DNA of 34,239 nt. Source: a virus. Its lineage: Duplodnaviria > Heunggongvirae > Uroviricota > Caudoviricetes. The stretch lies in the IMG/VR virus record IMGVR_UViG_2917881069_000005; one strand, 5' to 3'. The notes under the pieces are model-generated. The model ran no database searches. It saw only the letters and a list, made by a program, of their open reading frames with translations, and had not been told where the DNA came from. Of this stretch, positions 16,600 to 26,386 are shown piece by piece (within the stretch, counting starts at the first letter, position 1; each line of letters begins with the position of its first letter). The position numbers and the translations under genes are program-made.

Positions 16600-17598
16600 A
16601 TGAGCGCAAAAATCAAATACGGCCTGTCAGCTGCTGTTCTGGCGCTGATTGCTGCAGGCGCGTCTGCTCCTCAAATACTTGACCAGTTTCTGGATGAAAA
16701 AGAGGGTAACCACACTACGGCATACCGCGATGGTTCCGGTATATGGACCATCTGTCGTGGTGCCACAATGGTGGATGGTAAGCCCGTCATACCGGGAATG
16801 AAGCTGTCGAAGGAAAAATGCGACCAGGTTAACGCTATTGAACGTGATAAGGCGCTGGCATGGGTGGAGCGCAATATTAAAGTACCACTGACCGAACCAC
16901 AGAAAGCGGGTATAGCGTCATTTTGTCCCTATAACATTGGCCCCGGTAAGTGTTTCCCGTCGACGTTTTATAAGCGGCTGAATGCCGGTGATCGTAAGAG
17001 TGCATGCGAGGCGATTCGCTGGTGGATAAAAGATGGTGGGCGCGATTGCCGCATACGTTCAAATAACTGCTATGGACAGGTTATTCGTCGTGACCAGGAA
17101 AGCGCATTAGCCTGTTGGGGGGATAGATCAGTGAGCAGAGTCGCCGCGATTATTTATGCTCTGGTTATCTGCATCATCGTCTGCCTGTCGTGGGCGGTCA
17201 ATCATTACCGTGATAACGCCATCGCCTACAAAGAACAGCGTGATAAAAAAGTCAGTGAGCTGAAGCAGGCGACCGCCACCATTACTGACATGCAGCAACG
17301 CCAGCGTGCTGCTGATGTACTCGATGCTAAATACACGAAGGAGTTGGCTGATGCGAAAGCTGAAAATGATGCTCTTCGGCGCAAGCTTGATAATGGTGGT
17401 CGGGTGCTCGTCAAAGGAAAATGCTCTGTGCCATCCTCAGCCGAAACCTCCAGCGCCTCCGGCATGGGCAATGATGCCACCGTCGAACTCTCTCCAGTTG
17501 CTGGACGAAACGTTCTCGGTATCCGGGACGGAATCATCAGAGACCAGACAGCACTGAGAACGCTTCAGGAATATATCAGGACGCAATGCCTTCGATGA
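16600..17598 (+). CDS. SAR endolysin (T4-lysozyme-type, P21 R-like) whose frame runs without a stop into Rz
   Basis: N-terminal signal-anchor ([18 protein letters not shown]) and lysozyme core ([22 protein letters not shown]); no stop before Rz; G6 run at about 17117-17122. Confidence 0.7.
   Translation: MSAKIKYGLSAAVLALIAAGASAPQILDQFLDEKEGNHTTAYRDGSGIWTICRGATMVDGKPVIPGMKLSKEKCDQVNAIERDKALAWVERNIKVPLTEPQKAGIASFCPYNIGPGKCFPSTFYKRLNAGDRKSACEAIRWWIKDGGRDCRIRSNNCYGQVIRRDQESALACWGDRSVSRVAAIIYALVICIIVCLSWAVNHYRDNAIAYKEQRDKKVSELKQATATITDMQQRQRAADVLDAKYTKELADAKAENDALRRKLDNGGRVLVKGKCSVPSSAETSSASGMGNDATVELSPVAGRNVLGIRDGIIRDQTALRTLQEYIRTQCLR
17131..17598 (+). CDS. Rz: i-spanin Rz
   Basis: [34 protein letters not shown]... 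nearly identical to recalled lambda Rz; GTG start preceded by GGGGGGA. Confidence 0.75.
   Translation: MSRVAAIIYALVICIIVCLSWAVNHYRDNAIAYKEQRDKKVSELKQATATITDMQQRQRAADVLDAKYTKELADAKAENDALRRKLDNGGRVLVKGKCSVPSSAETSSASGMGNDATVELSPVAGRNVLGIRDGIIRDQTALRTLQEYIRTQCLR
17351..17557 (+). CDS. Rz1: o-spanin Rz1 (embedded in Rz, +1 frame)
   Basis: [19 protein letters not shown] lipobox, Pro-rich [12 protein letters not shown]; inside ORF 17306..17557. Confidence 0.7.
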   Translation: MRKLKMMLFGASLIMVVGCSSKENALCHPQPKPPAPPAWAMMPPSNSLQLLDETFSVSGTESSETRQH

Positions 17599-17770
17599 TA
17601 GCGATTAATTTTACTCATCATCCTTCACATCTGGCTCTGTAGACAGGGTGGTGATCACTTCTGGAGTGAATCCAGATTAAACATCTCATTGCTGATGCTT
17701 GAAGTTGAGCATCTGGCGCGCGGTAAGGGGCTGCGTTGAAATAAGAGCCAGTCATTACAAATACCAGGAT

Positions 17771-17800
17771 TTAGCCTCGTATTCGCGGGGCTTTTTATTG
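17771..17800 (+). terminator. terminator-like hairpin after the lysis cassette
   Basis: AGCCTCG...CGGGGCT imperfect stem followed by TTTTTATT. Confidence 0.3.
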
Positions 17801-18414
17801 CCATTACAAAAGCCACTCCCTACAGAGTGGCTTTGATAATGGCTTATACCCTACACGGGATAACTTAACTGATATCCCTTTTAACGGATAAAGGTATTCA
17901 AGCCTGACACATCATGCGCTGTATCGTCGCCGTATTCCCGTATTAACAGAGACCGTAGCCCGACGGGGAACTCCTTCTGCGAGAGTGTGCGGGAATAATC
18001 AAAAACGATGCACACCGGGTTTTTACCGCGTTTATGGTTCGCGGGTTTGTCCCTCATGCTCGCCAGTCCTGTGCGGGGGTGGAAGAAACAGGATACTCAC
18101 ACAGATTCTTGTGGGCACGATGCTATTCCTTTCTGGATTATCCCGATGCCATTCATGCAAGGCGCTGTATCAGACGTTCGTCATGGCTGTCAGGCTGACG
18201 GGTCCTCCCGGTGGGGTGGCCTGCCACGGGGCGGGAGCGTCGCGGAAAAAGGCTAGTTTTTGCATTTTTATCGGCCACCATCATCTTTGCATCTTATTGA
18301 TTATTAATGGTTATTTGTTTTTTGTATGTCGAATTGAGTGTTTTTTGTTCGACATCGAACGCGTTTTCTTAAAGTTGTTCGCACGATGCATGTTTAAAGC
18401 TCTCCGGAGGAAAT

Positions 18415-18906
18415 ATGGATCATGAGTTGAAAAACCTGGTGCTGAATATTAATCAACTGGCGGCTTTATCTGGTCTGCACCGCCAGACTGTCGTGGCAAG
18501 ACTGAAAAACATTCGTCCCGCTGGTGGACATGACAAACTCAAGCTATACCGGTTGACCGATATTCTGACTGAATTTATGGGGTTACCACCGCCGGTTGCT
18601 GAGGGCGAAATGGATCCACATGAACGCAAAGCCTGGTATCAGTCTGAACGTGAGCGTCTTAAGTTCGAACAGGAAACGGCACAACTCATTCCGGCCAGTG
18701 ATGTCAGACGGGAGTTTGCCATCTGGGCAAAAGCGGTCGTGCAGGTGCTGGAGACATTACCGGATATTCTGGAACGTGACTGCGGCCTGCAGCCTGCCGC
18801 TGTGAGCCGTGTTCAGTCCATTATTGATGATCTGCGCGATCAGATAGCCCTGCGGGTGACCGAAGCAGGTGCGGATGATGAGGAGGAATTACAGCAGGAG
18901 GAGTAA
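18415..18906 (+). CDS. terminase small subunit (Nu1-like, N-terminal HTH)
   Basis: 163 aa; HTH-like LNINQLAALSGLHRQTVVARLKN; immediately upstream of and overlapping (TAATG) the large terminase. Confidence 0.6.
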   Translation: MDHELKNLVLNINQLAALSGLHRQTVVARLKNIRPAGGHDKLKLYRLTDILTEFMGLPPPVAEGEMDPHERKAWYQSERERLKFEQETAQLIPASDVRREFAIWAKAVVQVLETLPDILERDCGLQPAAVSRVQSIIDDLRDQIALRVTEAGADDEEELQQEE

Positions 18907-21009
18907 TGCTGAATCAGGAAACCGCAAAGGCAGCACGAACCGATTCAGGTTATATCCTTCGCGCACCGAGACGAATGCTGGTTGCTGATGCCGTTGCTCA
19001 GTATATGCGGGTGCCCATGGGGGCCGGGAACTCAGTCCCGTGGGATCCGCTGGTGGCACCGTATGTTATTGAGCCGATGAACTGCCTGGCCTCGCGTGAA
19101 TACGACGCAGTGATATTTGTTGGCCCGGCACGAACTGGCAAGACTATCGGCCTGATTGACGGCTGGGTGATTTACAACGTGATTTGCGATCCTGCGGATA
19201 TGTTGATCATTCAGATGACGGAGGAAAAAGCCCGCGAACACTCCAAAAAAACGACTTGCCAGAACGTTTCGCGTCAGCCCGGAAGTGGTCAGTCGCCTGA
19301 GTCCGAACAAAAATGACAACAACGTTTATGACAGAACATTCCTTGCTGGCAACTACCTGAAAATCGGCTGGCCGTCAGTCAATATCATGTCCTCATCAGA
19401 TTATAAATGCGTGGCGCTGACGGATTATGACCGTTTTCCGGAAGATATTGATGGCGAGGGGGATGCCTTCTCTCTTGCCTCAAAACGTACCACCACATTT
19501 ATGTCCAGTGGTATGACGCTGGTGGAGAGTTCCCCCGGCAGGGATGTGAAGGATGTGAAATGGCGACGGACTTCACCGCATGAGGCTCCACCAACCACGG
19601 GGATACTGTCGCTCTATAACCGTGGCGATCGCCGTCGCTGGTACTGGCCCTGTCCACACTGTGGTGAGTATTTTCAGCCCTGCGGCGATGTGGTTGCTGG
19701 TTTCCGTGATATTGCCGATCCCGTGCTGGCAAGTGAGGCGGCTTATATTCAGTGTCCTTCCTGTTCAGGACGGATTATGCCTGAACAAAAACGTGAGCTG
19801 AACGGACGTGGGGTCTGGTTGCGGGATGGTGAATCCATCAATGCGGATGGCAGTCGTTATGGTGATCCCCGACGCTCACGTATTGCGTCATTCTGGATGG
19901 AGGGTCCGGCAGCTGCTTACCAGACACTCTCGCAACTCGTTTACAAACTGCTTACTGCAGAACAGGAATACGAGACAACCGGAAGTGAAGAAACACTCAA
20001 GACGGTTATCAATACCGACTGGGGATTACCTTATCTTCCCCGTGCCAGCATGGAGCAACGAAAAAGTGAACTGCTTGAACAGCGGGCAGAGCCAGTTCCT
20101 TCCCGCAGTGTGCCGGATGGCGTTAATTTCCTGGTGGCGACAGTTGATGTGCAGGCGGGACGTCATCGCCGTTTTGTGGTTCAGGTAACGGGCTATGGCA
20201 GCCGTGGCGAACGCTGGATTATTGATCGTTACAACATCACGCAGTCATTGCGCGGTGACAGCGACGGGGAGAGCCAGCGAATTGATCCGGCCAGCTATCC
20301 GGAAGACTGGGATGTCCTGCTGACGGATGTTTTTCATAAAAGCTGGCCGCTGGCCTCCGATCCTTCTCAACAAATGCGACTGATGGCAATGGCGGTGGAC
20401 TCCGGCGGTGAAGACGGGGTCACTGATAATGCCTATAAATTCTGGCGTCGTTGCCGTCGTGATGGCCTTGGTAAACGTATTTACCTGTTTAAGGGCGACA
20501 GCATCCGGCGCGCAAAACTGATCACCCGTACATTCCCTGATAACACCGGACGAACGGGCCGACGGGCGCAGGCCGCAGGTGATGTGCCGCTCTGGCTTCT
20601 TCAGACGGATGCCCTGAAAGACCGGGTGAATAACGCGTTATGGCGTGACTCTCCAGGTCCCGGCTATGTGCATTTCCCTGACTGGCTGGGGAGCTGGTTT
20701 TACGACGAACTGACGTATGAAGAGCGGAGTAGTGACGGGAAATGGAGTAAGCCGGGTCGCGGTGCCAACGAAGCTTTTGACCTGATGGTGTATGCCGAGG
20801 CTCTGGTCATTCTGCATGGATACGAAAAGATCCGCTGGCCGGATGCACCGGAGTGGGCGAGCCGGGAAACCTGGCTGGAGTGTGTCCCGGACAGTACCGA
20901 ACCGTCACCCTCACCGGAACCGGTATCCACGCCTGTTAAAAAACAAAAACGGAAGAAAACAGTAACTGACGATGTTAACCCCTGGCTGACTTCCGGAGGA
21001 TGGTTATGA
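18906..21009 (+). pseudogene. A: terminase large subunit (lambda gpA family) split into two frames at an A7 run
   Basis: ORFs 18906..19316 (Walker-A-like VGPARTGKT) and 19285..21009 (WYWPCPHCGEYF, gpA-like); deleting one A in AAAAAAA at about 19245-19251 joins them into one frame reading ...HSKKRLARTFRVSPEVVSRL... Confidence 0.6.
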
Positions 21010-21218
21010 ACCAGAATGATATCGAAGCCATGATTCAGCGTTATACGGAAGCTGAAATGGCGGTGCTGGACGGAAAATCCGTCACCTTTAATGGTCAGCA
21101 GATGACCATGGAAAACTTATCTGAGATCCGGCAGGGACGGCAGGAGTGGGAGCGCCGCCTTGCGGCTCTGATTACACGACGACGGGGGCATCCCGGGTAC
21201 CGGCTGGCGAGGTTCTGA
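21006..21218 (+). CDS. W: head-tail joining protein W-like
   Basis: About 70 aa; ...GRQEWERRLAALITRRRG resembles gpW; GGAGGA upstream; ORF track 21000..21218. Confidence 0.6.
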   Translation: MNQNDIEAMIQRYTEAEMAVLDGKSVTFNGQQMTMENLSEIRQGRQEWERRLAALITRRRGHPGYRLARF

Positions 21219-22726
21219 TGGCAATTCTTGATGATGTGATTGGCGTTTTTTCACCAGGATGGAAAGCGGCAAGGCTGCGTTCCCGTGCGGTGATCCAGGC
21301 TTATGAGGCCGTAAAAACGACGCGGACACATAAAGCCCGGCGGGAAAACCGAACTGCCGACCAGTTAAGCCAGTACGGGGCCGTGTCGTTACGTGAGCAG
21401 GCCCGTTACCTTGATAACAACCACGATCTGGTCATTGGTGTATTTGACAAGCTGGAAGAACGGGTGGTGGGGAAAAACGGGATTATTGTCGAGCCACATC
21501 CGGTATTACGCAATGGGGCCATTGCCCGTGATCTGGCAGCGGAGATACGCACCCGATGGAGTGAATGGTCTGTCAGTCCGGAAGTCACCGGGCAGTTTAC
21601 CCGTCCGATGCTGGAACGTCTGATGCTGCGTACCTGGCTGCGCGATGGTGAGGTGTTTGCCCAGATGGTTTCCGGGCGCATAAACAGCCTGACGCCTTCT
21701 GCCGGTGTTCATTTCTGGCTGGAGGCGCTCGAGCCGGACTTTATTCCCATGACCAGTGATGAGAGCAACAGGCTGAATCAGGGCGTGTTTGTTGATGACT
21801 GGGGGCGTCCCGAAAAATATCTGGTGTATAAAAGCCGTCCCGTATCCGGGCGGCAGATGGAAACCAAAGAAGTGGATGCAGAGCGAATGCTGCATCTTAA
21901 ATTTGTTCGCCGTCTGCACCAGATGCGCGGGACGTCTTTGTTGTCCGGTGTGCTGATCCGCCTCAGTGCCCTGAAAGAGTATGAAGATTCTGAGCTGACT
22001 GCAGCAAGGATCGCCGCTGCTCTGGGGATGTACATCCGCAAAGGCGACGGACAGAGCTATGAAACGGATGGTAATGACAGCAAGGAGAATGAACGCGAGC
22101 TTACCATTCAGCCAGGCATTATTTACGACGATCTGAAACCCGGCGAAGAAATCGGAATGGTGAAGTCGGATCGCCCCAATCCTAATCTTGAAACTTTTCG
22201 TAATGGTCAGTTGCGTGCCGTGGCGGCGGGTAGTCGTCTGAGTTTTTCCAGTACAGCGCGCAACTATAACGGCACTTACAGCGCCCAGCGTCAGGAGCTG
22301 GTTGAATCCACTGATGGCTACCTGATCCTGCAGGACTGGTTTATTGGTGCCGTCACCCGCCCGATGTATCGTGCCTGGCTGAAACAGGCTGTGGCATCCG
22401 GTGTTATCAGGCTACCCCGCGATCTTGATCGTTCTTCACTGTATACCGCGGTGTATTCCGGACCGGTGATGCCGTGGATTGACCCTGTTAAGGAGGCTGA
22501 GGCCTGGAAAATTCAGATTCGTGGTGGAGCGGCGACAGAATCAGACTGGGTACGTGCAGGTGGTCGTAATCCGGATGATGTTAAACGTCGGCGCAAGGCA
22601 GAAATTGATGAAAACCGCAAGCTGGATCTGGTATTTGATACCGATCCTGCCAGTGATAAAGGAGGCAGCAGTGCCGCAACGAAACGACAGGAGCCGCAGC
22701 ACACCGACGACCAGTCCGAAGAATAA
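21218..22726 (+). CDS. B: portal protein (lambda gpB family)
   Basis: 502 aa from MAILDD (TGATG overlap with W stop); portal-size, position and sequence character; ORF track 21146..22726. Confidence 0.75.
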   Translation: MAILDDVIGVFSPGWKAARLRSRAVIQAYEAVKTTRTHKARRENRTADQLSQYGAVSLREQARYLDNNHDLVIGVFDKLEERVVGKNGIIVEPHPVLRNGAIARDLAAEIRTRWSEWSVSPEVTGQFTRPMLERLMLRTWLRDGEVFAQMVSGRINSLTPSAGVHFWLEALEPDFIPMTSDESNRLNQGVFVDDWGRPEKYLVYKSRPVSGRQMETKEVDAERMLHLKFVRRLHQMRGTSLLSGVLIRLSALKEYEDSELTAARIAAALGMYIRKGDGQSYETDGNDSKENERELTIQPGIIYDDLKPGEEIGMVKSDRPNPNLETFRNGQLRAVAAGSRLSFSSTARNYNGTYSAQRQELVESTDGYLILQDWFIGAVTRPMYRAWLKQAVASGVIRLPRDLDRSSLYTAVYSGPVMPWIDPVKEAEAWKIQIRGGAATESDWVRAGGRNPDDVKRRRKAEIDENRKLDLVFDTDPASDKGGSSAATKRQEPQHTDDQSEE

Positions 22727-22739
22727 TTCCTGGTTCAGG

Positions 22740-23714
22740 ATGCAGGCTGGTCACCAGAGTGACGCGGATATTTATATTTATGACGAGATTGGTTTCTGGG
22801 GTGTTACAGCGAAGCAGTTTATCAGTGATCTGAATGCACTGGGCGATATCACCCACATTAATCTCCATATCAATTCACCGGGTGGCGATGTCTTTGAAGG
22901 CATCGCCATTTTTAATGCGCTGAAAACACATGGTGCGTCCATTACCGTTTATGTCGACGGTGTGGCGGCGTCAATGGCGTCGGTCATTGCGATGGTGGGA
23001 AACCCGGTCATTATGCCGGAAAACACCTTCATGATGATTCATAAACCATTTGGCTTTACGGGCGGTGATGCGGAGGACATGCGCACCTATGCTGACCTGC
23101 TCGATAAGGTTGAGGCGGTTCTGTTACCCGCTTATGCACAGAAAACCGGGAAAACCACCGATGAAATTGCTGCCATGCTGGCGGATGAGACCTGGATGTC
23201 CGGTGCCGAATGTCTGGCACATGGATTTGCTGATCAGGTGACGCCAGCCGTTAAGGCAATGGCATGTATTCAGTCAAAACGTACAGAGGAATTTAAAAAG
23301 ATGCCGGAATCCATTCGAAACATGATTACTCCGCCACGCAACAGTGCTCCACGCGTACAGGATGATGAACCAGCAGCCTCCCGGACGCCAGTGCAGGCAG
23401 CAGCACCCGTGGTGGATGAAAACAGTATCCGTGCGCAGGTACTGGCAGAGCAAAAAGCGCGTGTAAACGGTATTAATGATCTGTTTGCCATGTTTGGCGG
23501 GCGTTATCAGACGCTGCAGGCTCAGTGTCTTGCCGATCCTGAATGTTCGCTGGAGCAGGCCCGCGAAAAGCTGTTGAACGAGATGGGGCGCGAGTCCACG
23601 CCATCCAATAAAAATACCCCGGCTCATATTTATGCCGGTAACGGTAATTTTGTGGGGGACGGGATCCGCCAGGCGCTGATGGCGCGTGCCGGATTTGAAA
23701 AAACCGAAACGTGA
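22740..23714 (+). CDS. ClpP-like prohead protease with C-terminal scaffold-like extension
   Basis: ClpP-type signatures (HINSPGGDV, AASMASVIAM, MIHKP); start at internal MQAGHQ of ORF 22479..23714. Confidence 0.7.
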   Translation: MQAGHQSDADIYIYDEIGFWGVTAKQFISDLNALGDITHINLHINSPGGDVFEGIAIFNALKTHGASITVYVDGVAASMASVIAMVGNPVIMPENTFMMIHKPFGFTGGDAEDMRTYADLLDKVEAVLLPAYAQKTGKTTDEIAAMLADETWMSGAECLAHGFADQVTPAVKAMACIQSKRTEEFKKMPESIRNMITPPRNSAPRVQDDEPAASRTPVQAAAPVVDENSIRAQVLAEQKARVNGINDLFAMFGGRYQTLQAQCLADPECSLEQAREKLLNEMGRESTPSNKNTPAHIYAGNGNFVGDGIRQALMARAGFEKTET

Positions 23715-23730
23715 TAATGTCTACAACGGG

Positions 23731-24699
23731 ATGACCCTGCGTGAATATGCCCGTATGTCACTGACTGAACGGGGTATTGGGGTTTCCAGTTATAACCCGA
23801 TGCAGATGGTCGGTGCGGCGTTCACACACAGTACGTCTGACTTCGGTAATATTCTGCTGGATGTTGCGAACAAAGCCATTCTGCAGGGCTGGGAAGATGC
23901 TCCTGAAACCTATGAACAGTGGACGCGGAAAGGTCAGTTGTCTGATTTTAAAATTGCCCATCGTGTGGGTATGGGGGGCTTCAGTGCTCTGCGTCAGGTG
24001 CGTGAAGGGGCGGAATATAAATACGTCACCACCGGAGATAAACAGGCCACTATTGCACTGGCGACCTATGGCGAGCTGTTCAGTATCACCCGTCAGGCCA
24101 TTATCAATGATGATCTGAATATGCTGACCGATGTCCCGATGAAACTGGGCCGTGCGGCGAAATCCACTATTGCCGATCTGGTTTATGCCATTCTGACGTC
24201 TAACCCGAAAATCTCCACAGATAATGTAAGTCTGTTCGATAAAGCGAAACATGCAAACGTACTGGAGAGCGCTGCAATGGACGTGGCATCGCTGGATAAA
24301 GCCCGCCAGTTGATGCGCGTTCAGAAAGAGGGGGAGCGTCATCTGAATATTCGTCCTGCGTTCGTACTGGTACCGACGGCGATGGAGTCTGTTGCTAACC
24401 AGGTCATTCGCTCCTCAAGTGTCAAGGGGGCTGACATTAACGCCGGTATTATTAACCCGGTGAAAGATTTTGCGACCGTTATTGCAGAGCCTCGTCTTGA
24501 TGATAACAGCCAGACCACCTTCTACCTGGCTGCGTCAAAAGGCTCCGATACAATTGAAGTGGCTTATCTCAACGGTGTGGATACGCCATATATTGATCAG
24601 ATGGAGGGCTTCAGTGTGGATGGCGTGACAACGAAAGTGCGTATTGACGCCGGTGTCGCGCCAGTTGATCACCGCGGTCTGGTGAAATGTACGGCGTAA
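23731..24699 (+). CDS. major capsid protein (HK97-fold; not lambda gpE-like)
   Basis: Follows protease; about 320 aa; start ambiguous (GTG 23686 or ATG 23731). Confidence 0.65.
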   Translation: MTLREYARMSLTERGIGVSSYNPMQMVGAAFTHSTSDFGNILLDVANKAILQGWEDAPETYEQWTRKGQLSDFKIAHRVGMGGFSALRQVREGAEYKYVTTGDKQATIALATYGELFSITRQAIINDDLNMLTDVPMKLGRAAKSTIADLVYAILTSNPKISTDNVSLFDKAKHANVLESAAMDVASLDKARQLMRVQKEGERHLNIRPAFVLVPTAMESVANQVIRSSSVKGADINAGIINPVKDFATVIAEPRLDDNSQTTFYLAASKGSDTIEVAYLNGVDTPYIDQMEGFSVDGVTTKVRIDAGVAPVDHRGLVKCTA

Positions 24700-24721
24700 A
24701 CGTCGCAGACAACAACTCTGA

Positions 24722-24742
24722 TGGCCCGTAAGGGCTTTTTTT
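24722..24742 (+). terminator. hairpin plus T7 after major capsid gene
   Basis: GCCC-gtaa-GGGC followed by TTTTTTT; a second hairpin CAGCCCC-tgaac-GGGGCTG lies at about 24753-24771. Confidence 0.4.
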
Positions 24743-24785
24743 GTACCTGAAATCAGCCCCTGAACGGGGCTGTGCGGAGACAGTT

Positions 24786-25108
24786 ATGGCAAAGAATTTT
24801 GTAGAAGAAGGAAAAACGGTGGCGATTGTTGCCAGTGCAGCCATCAGCAGCGGAGATCTGGTGCAGGTGGGTGATGTTTTGCGGTGGCGCTGACCGATAT
24901 TCCACAGGGTGAAACAGGCGACGGCATGACCGAAGGTGTGTTTATGCTGCCTAAGCTGAAAACGGATGACATGAAAACGGGTAAGAAGGTTTATCTGAAG
25001 TCCGGAAAAGTTCAGCTGACTAACAGCGGCTCTGATCCGCTGGTCGGGGTTGTCTGGGCAGATGCCGGAACCAGTGCAGAAGAAGTGCCGGTAAAACTCA
25101 ATGTCTGA
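24786..25108 (+). pseudogene. small head protein (DUF2190-like), frame-disrupted
   Basis: ATG 24786 with GGAGA RBS opens a 35-codon frame (MAKNFVEEGKTVAIVASAAISSGDLVQVGDVLRWR*) abutting out-of-frame ORF 24884..25108; one added G near 24882 would give a continuous about 107-aa product. Confidence 0.45.
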
Positions 25109-25376
25109 TCCCTTTTCCCGGCTGGCAGCGCGTATGGATGCGATCACGGTCAGAAAGATGGGAAAGACAGCCTCGATTAATGATGTCGATATGACTGTGA
25201 TCCCGGGAGAAACACTGGCAGAGCTGAATGCTCTGTCCGGACCTGCGGTCTCTCTGGTGGTGTTTTCTTCGGGATACCGCCCACGGCGCGGGGATTGCGT
25301 TGTTTATGACGGACAACAATGGACGGTCACACGGCATGAACGCTTTAACGGTAAGCCAATGATCTTTATTGAGTAA
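25101..25376 (+). CDS. head-tail joining protein, FII-like
   Basis: 91 aa; position and RRGD-containing pattern resemble lambda FII; ATG overlaps upstream stop. Confidence 0.45.
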   Translation: MSDPFSRLAARMDAITVRKMGKTASINDVDMTVIPGETLAELNALSGPAVSLVVFSSGYRPRRGDCVVYDGQQWTVTRHERFNGKPMIFIE

Positions 25377-25387
25377 AGAGGTATGGG

Positions 25388-25978
25388 ATGAAGGGGCTTG
25401 AGAATGCCATCCGCAATCTGAACAGCCTTGATACCCGTATGGTGCCACAGGCCAGCGCATGGGCGATAAACCGTGTGGCACAGAAAGCGGTCTCGGTTGC
25501 CACCCGGCAGGTTGCCGGGAATACCGTTGCGGGAGATAACCAGGTGAAAGGGATCCCCCTGAAACTGGTACGTCAGCGTGTCCGGGTGTTTAAAGCCAGT
25601 CCGTCAGGAAAAATGACGGCCAGGATCCGCGTTAACCGGGGCAATCTGCCCGCCATCAAACTGAACACAACACGGCGGCGTGCTGGTGAAGGACTGAGAG
25701 TGGGAAAATACTTTTTCCGGGGGGCATTTGTTCAGCAACTGGCGAATGGCCGCTGGCATGTTCTGAGGCGTCTTCCTGAAGCGCGTTTTGCAACAGGGCA
25801 TGACCATCAGGGCAGGCCAAGAAAAAATCGTCTTCCTGTGGAGGTAGTGAAAATCCCGCTGTCCGGACCGCTGACACAGGCATTTGAAGATGCCCGCGAC
25901 CGCATCATTGCTGCGGAAATGCCGAAACAGCTGGGGTATGCACTGAAACAACAACTGAGGTTATGGCTGACCCGATGA
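25388..25978 (+). CDS. Z: tail completion protein Z
   Basis: 196 aa; gpZ-family sequence character and position before U. Confidence 0.7.
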   Translation: MKGLENAIRNLNSLDTRMVPQASAWAINRVAQKAVSVATRQVAGNTVAGDNQVKGIPLKLVRQRVRVFKASPSGKMTARIRVNRGNLPAIKLNTTRRRAGEGLRVGKYFFRGAFVQQLANGRWHVLRRLPEARFATGHDHQGRPRKNRLPVEVVKIPLSGPLTQAFEDARDRIIAAEMPKQLGYALKQQLRLWLTR

Positions 25979-26376
25979 ACCGACATACACAAATCCGCCA
26001 GGCCGTACTGGCACGCCTTCGGGAACAGTGTGGAGACAGCGCCACGTTTTTTGACGGGCTTCCGGCATTTATTGATGCGCAGGAACTGCCTGCCGTGGCG
26101 GTGTGGCTGAGTGATGCTCAGTACACCGGAAAAATGACGGATGAAGATGACTGGCAGGCTGTTCTGCATATTGCCGTCTTCATCCGGGCACAGGCACCGG
26201 ATTCAGAGCTGGATATGTGGATGGAGAGCACCATTTTCCCTGCCCTGAATGATATACCGGCACTTTCCGGACTCATCGACACCCTGATCCCACTCGGTTT
26301 TAACTATCAACGTGATAATGAGATGGCCACCTGGGCGATGGCGGAAATCACGTACCAGATCACGTACACGAATTAA
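25975..26376 (+). CDS. U: tail terminator protein U
   Basis: Matches recalled lambda gpU (ATFFDG...PAVAV...YTG...WQA.LHI.VF..AQ.PDSELD.WMES.I.P...DIPALS.LI); ATGA overlap with Z. Confidence 0.8.
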   Translation: MNRHTQIRQAVLARLREQCGDSATFFDGLPAFIDAQELPAVAVWLSDAQYTGKMTDEDDWQAVLHIAVFIRAQAPDSELDMWMESTIFPALNDIPALSGLIDTLIPLGFNYQRDNEMATWAMAEITYQITYTN

Positions 26377-26386
26377 GGAGGTGGTA

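Noticed and set aside
17985-18425. 146-aa plus-strand ORF in the cos-like region
   Set aside because: Low-complexity, Cys/Arg-rich translation with no Shine-Dalgarno, sitting where cos and terminase-binding sites are expected; judged non-coding.
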